A stretch of DNA of 64,000 bases from Octopus vulgaris (Eukaryota). The position numbers were made by a program, and so were the translations under genes. Below the pieces are notes generated by a model, which was not told the DNA's origin, did not search any database, and saw only the letters and a list, made by a program, of their open reading frames with translations. Location of the stretch: contig OX597833.1 of the NCBI GenBank assembly GCA_951406725.2, forward strand, positions 28,768,001 through 28,832,000, given 5' to 3'. Below are positions 62,772 through 64,000 of this stretch, piece after piece (the first letter of the stretch is position 1; the number at the start of each line of letters is the position of its first letter).

Positions 62772-64000
62772 TAAGTCATCTCATAAATAATGCCATATTT
62801 TTATACTTCTTTTATTTTTCATAATTAAGATAAACAATTTTTTTTTAAATGTAAAATATACTCTCCTTAATTTTCTACAATGTTCTTCCATCTGTCTGGA
62901 AGACTCGCAAGGCTCCTCTTCCAAAATTCTCTTGTCCGCGACGAAAATTTTCCTCCCACATTGTTCTGACCTCGTCTACAGAATTCATATTTTACCCGTC
63001 CATATGATTTTGAAGACTGCGGAATAAATGACCATCAGATGGGGCAATGTTTGGCGAATATGGTGGATGGTGCATCATTCGTTTGCACATTCAAATTGCT
63101 CTAGCCTTTGGAATGTCATCCTCGGTATATGTGGTCGAGTATTATCCTGATGGAAGAACACCTTTCGTCTTGAAACCAAAGATGGTCGTTTTTCTTCCAG
63201 CACTGACTTAAGCCGCCCAAGCTGCTCTCGGTAGATCTCCTTTGTTATCGTTTGGTTTGGATTTAAAAGTTCAAAGTGGACTAAACCTTTCACATCCCAC
63301 GAAACAGAACAACACCTTACGCAGTTGAAGATCTTTAGCCTGGGGTGCCGGTGTTTCTCTTTTCCCTACCTACCGTCTTCGGCGCTTGATATTTTTATAG
63401 AGAACCCATTTCTCGTCACCAGTCACTATTCAATCCAAAAACGGGTCATTCGTGAGACGTGACTGCAAAGATCACACATTCACTCTCTGCGAACGATTAG
63501 AGTCGGAAAGTTTGGCCCGAATTGCTGACTTTTCCGATGGCACGCAGGTATTGATGAATGGTTTCTCTGCTAGTTCCTCAACAGTTACGACAGGATTTTG
63601 TTCCACTAGGTTTTGCAGTACGTCCTCGTCGAACTCTACAGATCTTCCAGGACGAGGCTCGACTTCTAGGTTGTAGTTCCCGGCTCGGAATTTCTGGAAC
63701 CACTGTTGACACGGCTTACATTTATTGTCCGGTCTCCATATACTGCATTATTATTCCTCGCACTTTCTGTTGCGTTGTTGCCTTTATTGAACTCATAAAG
63801 CGAAATATACTAAATATAGTCCCTAGTCACTTCCAGATAGCTTTGTAAAATAACTGTTACAATCGAACTGCACTCTTCAAAACTTGTACTAAGAATAGGT
63901 TCAAAGTAAAATTACTACTTATTTTTATAGCAAGTTGATGCAGGTAGTTTATCTCATTCCCCTCCAACTTTTTGTTCATGCAATTGAAAAAACTGCATTA
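62771..64000 (-). mobile_element. mariner (DD34D-type) transposon, decayed, running off the window end
   Basis: IVTGDEKWVLYKN, WDVKGLVHFELL...FHQDNTRPH, HPPYSPNIAPSD. The left TIR contains TAATGC and the window ends with the complementary GCATTA. Confidence 0.9.

Overview
AT-rich, microsatellite-dense eukaryotic genomic DNA. The SINE families and repeat landscape look like an octopus (cephalopod) genome, which is an inference and was not checked against a database. No host protein-coding gene is supported: most ORFs in the supplied track are translations of (TA)n, (CA)n, (TACA)n or (TAA)n tracts. The window is a mosaic of mobile elements: a head-to-head Naiad-type Penelope-like element (PLE, 11.2-15.5 kb), a second PLE remnant, two CR1/L2-group LINE copies, several R4/Dong-type LINE fragments (three flanked by TAA repeats), RTE remnants, Tigger/pogo, mariner, hAT MITEs, a cluster of non-autonomous Helitrons and three tRNA-derived SINE families. 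The main unexpected signal is a set of type-I hammerhead ribozyme (HHR) motifs with long stem II. Six keep the full CUGANGA/GAAA core and several more are decayed. They lie in the Naiad 3' region and in short non-coding, (TA)n-associated units arranged as tandem or fold-back repeats. Three of these units, unrelated in sequence, carry the same downstream motif, TTGGCTGCTATTTCTAG. In one unit the fold-back junction starts at the predicted self-cleavage site. All ribozyme calls come from manual folding only.
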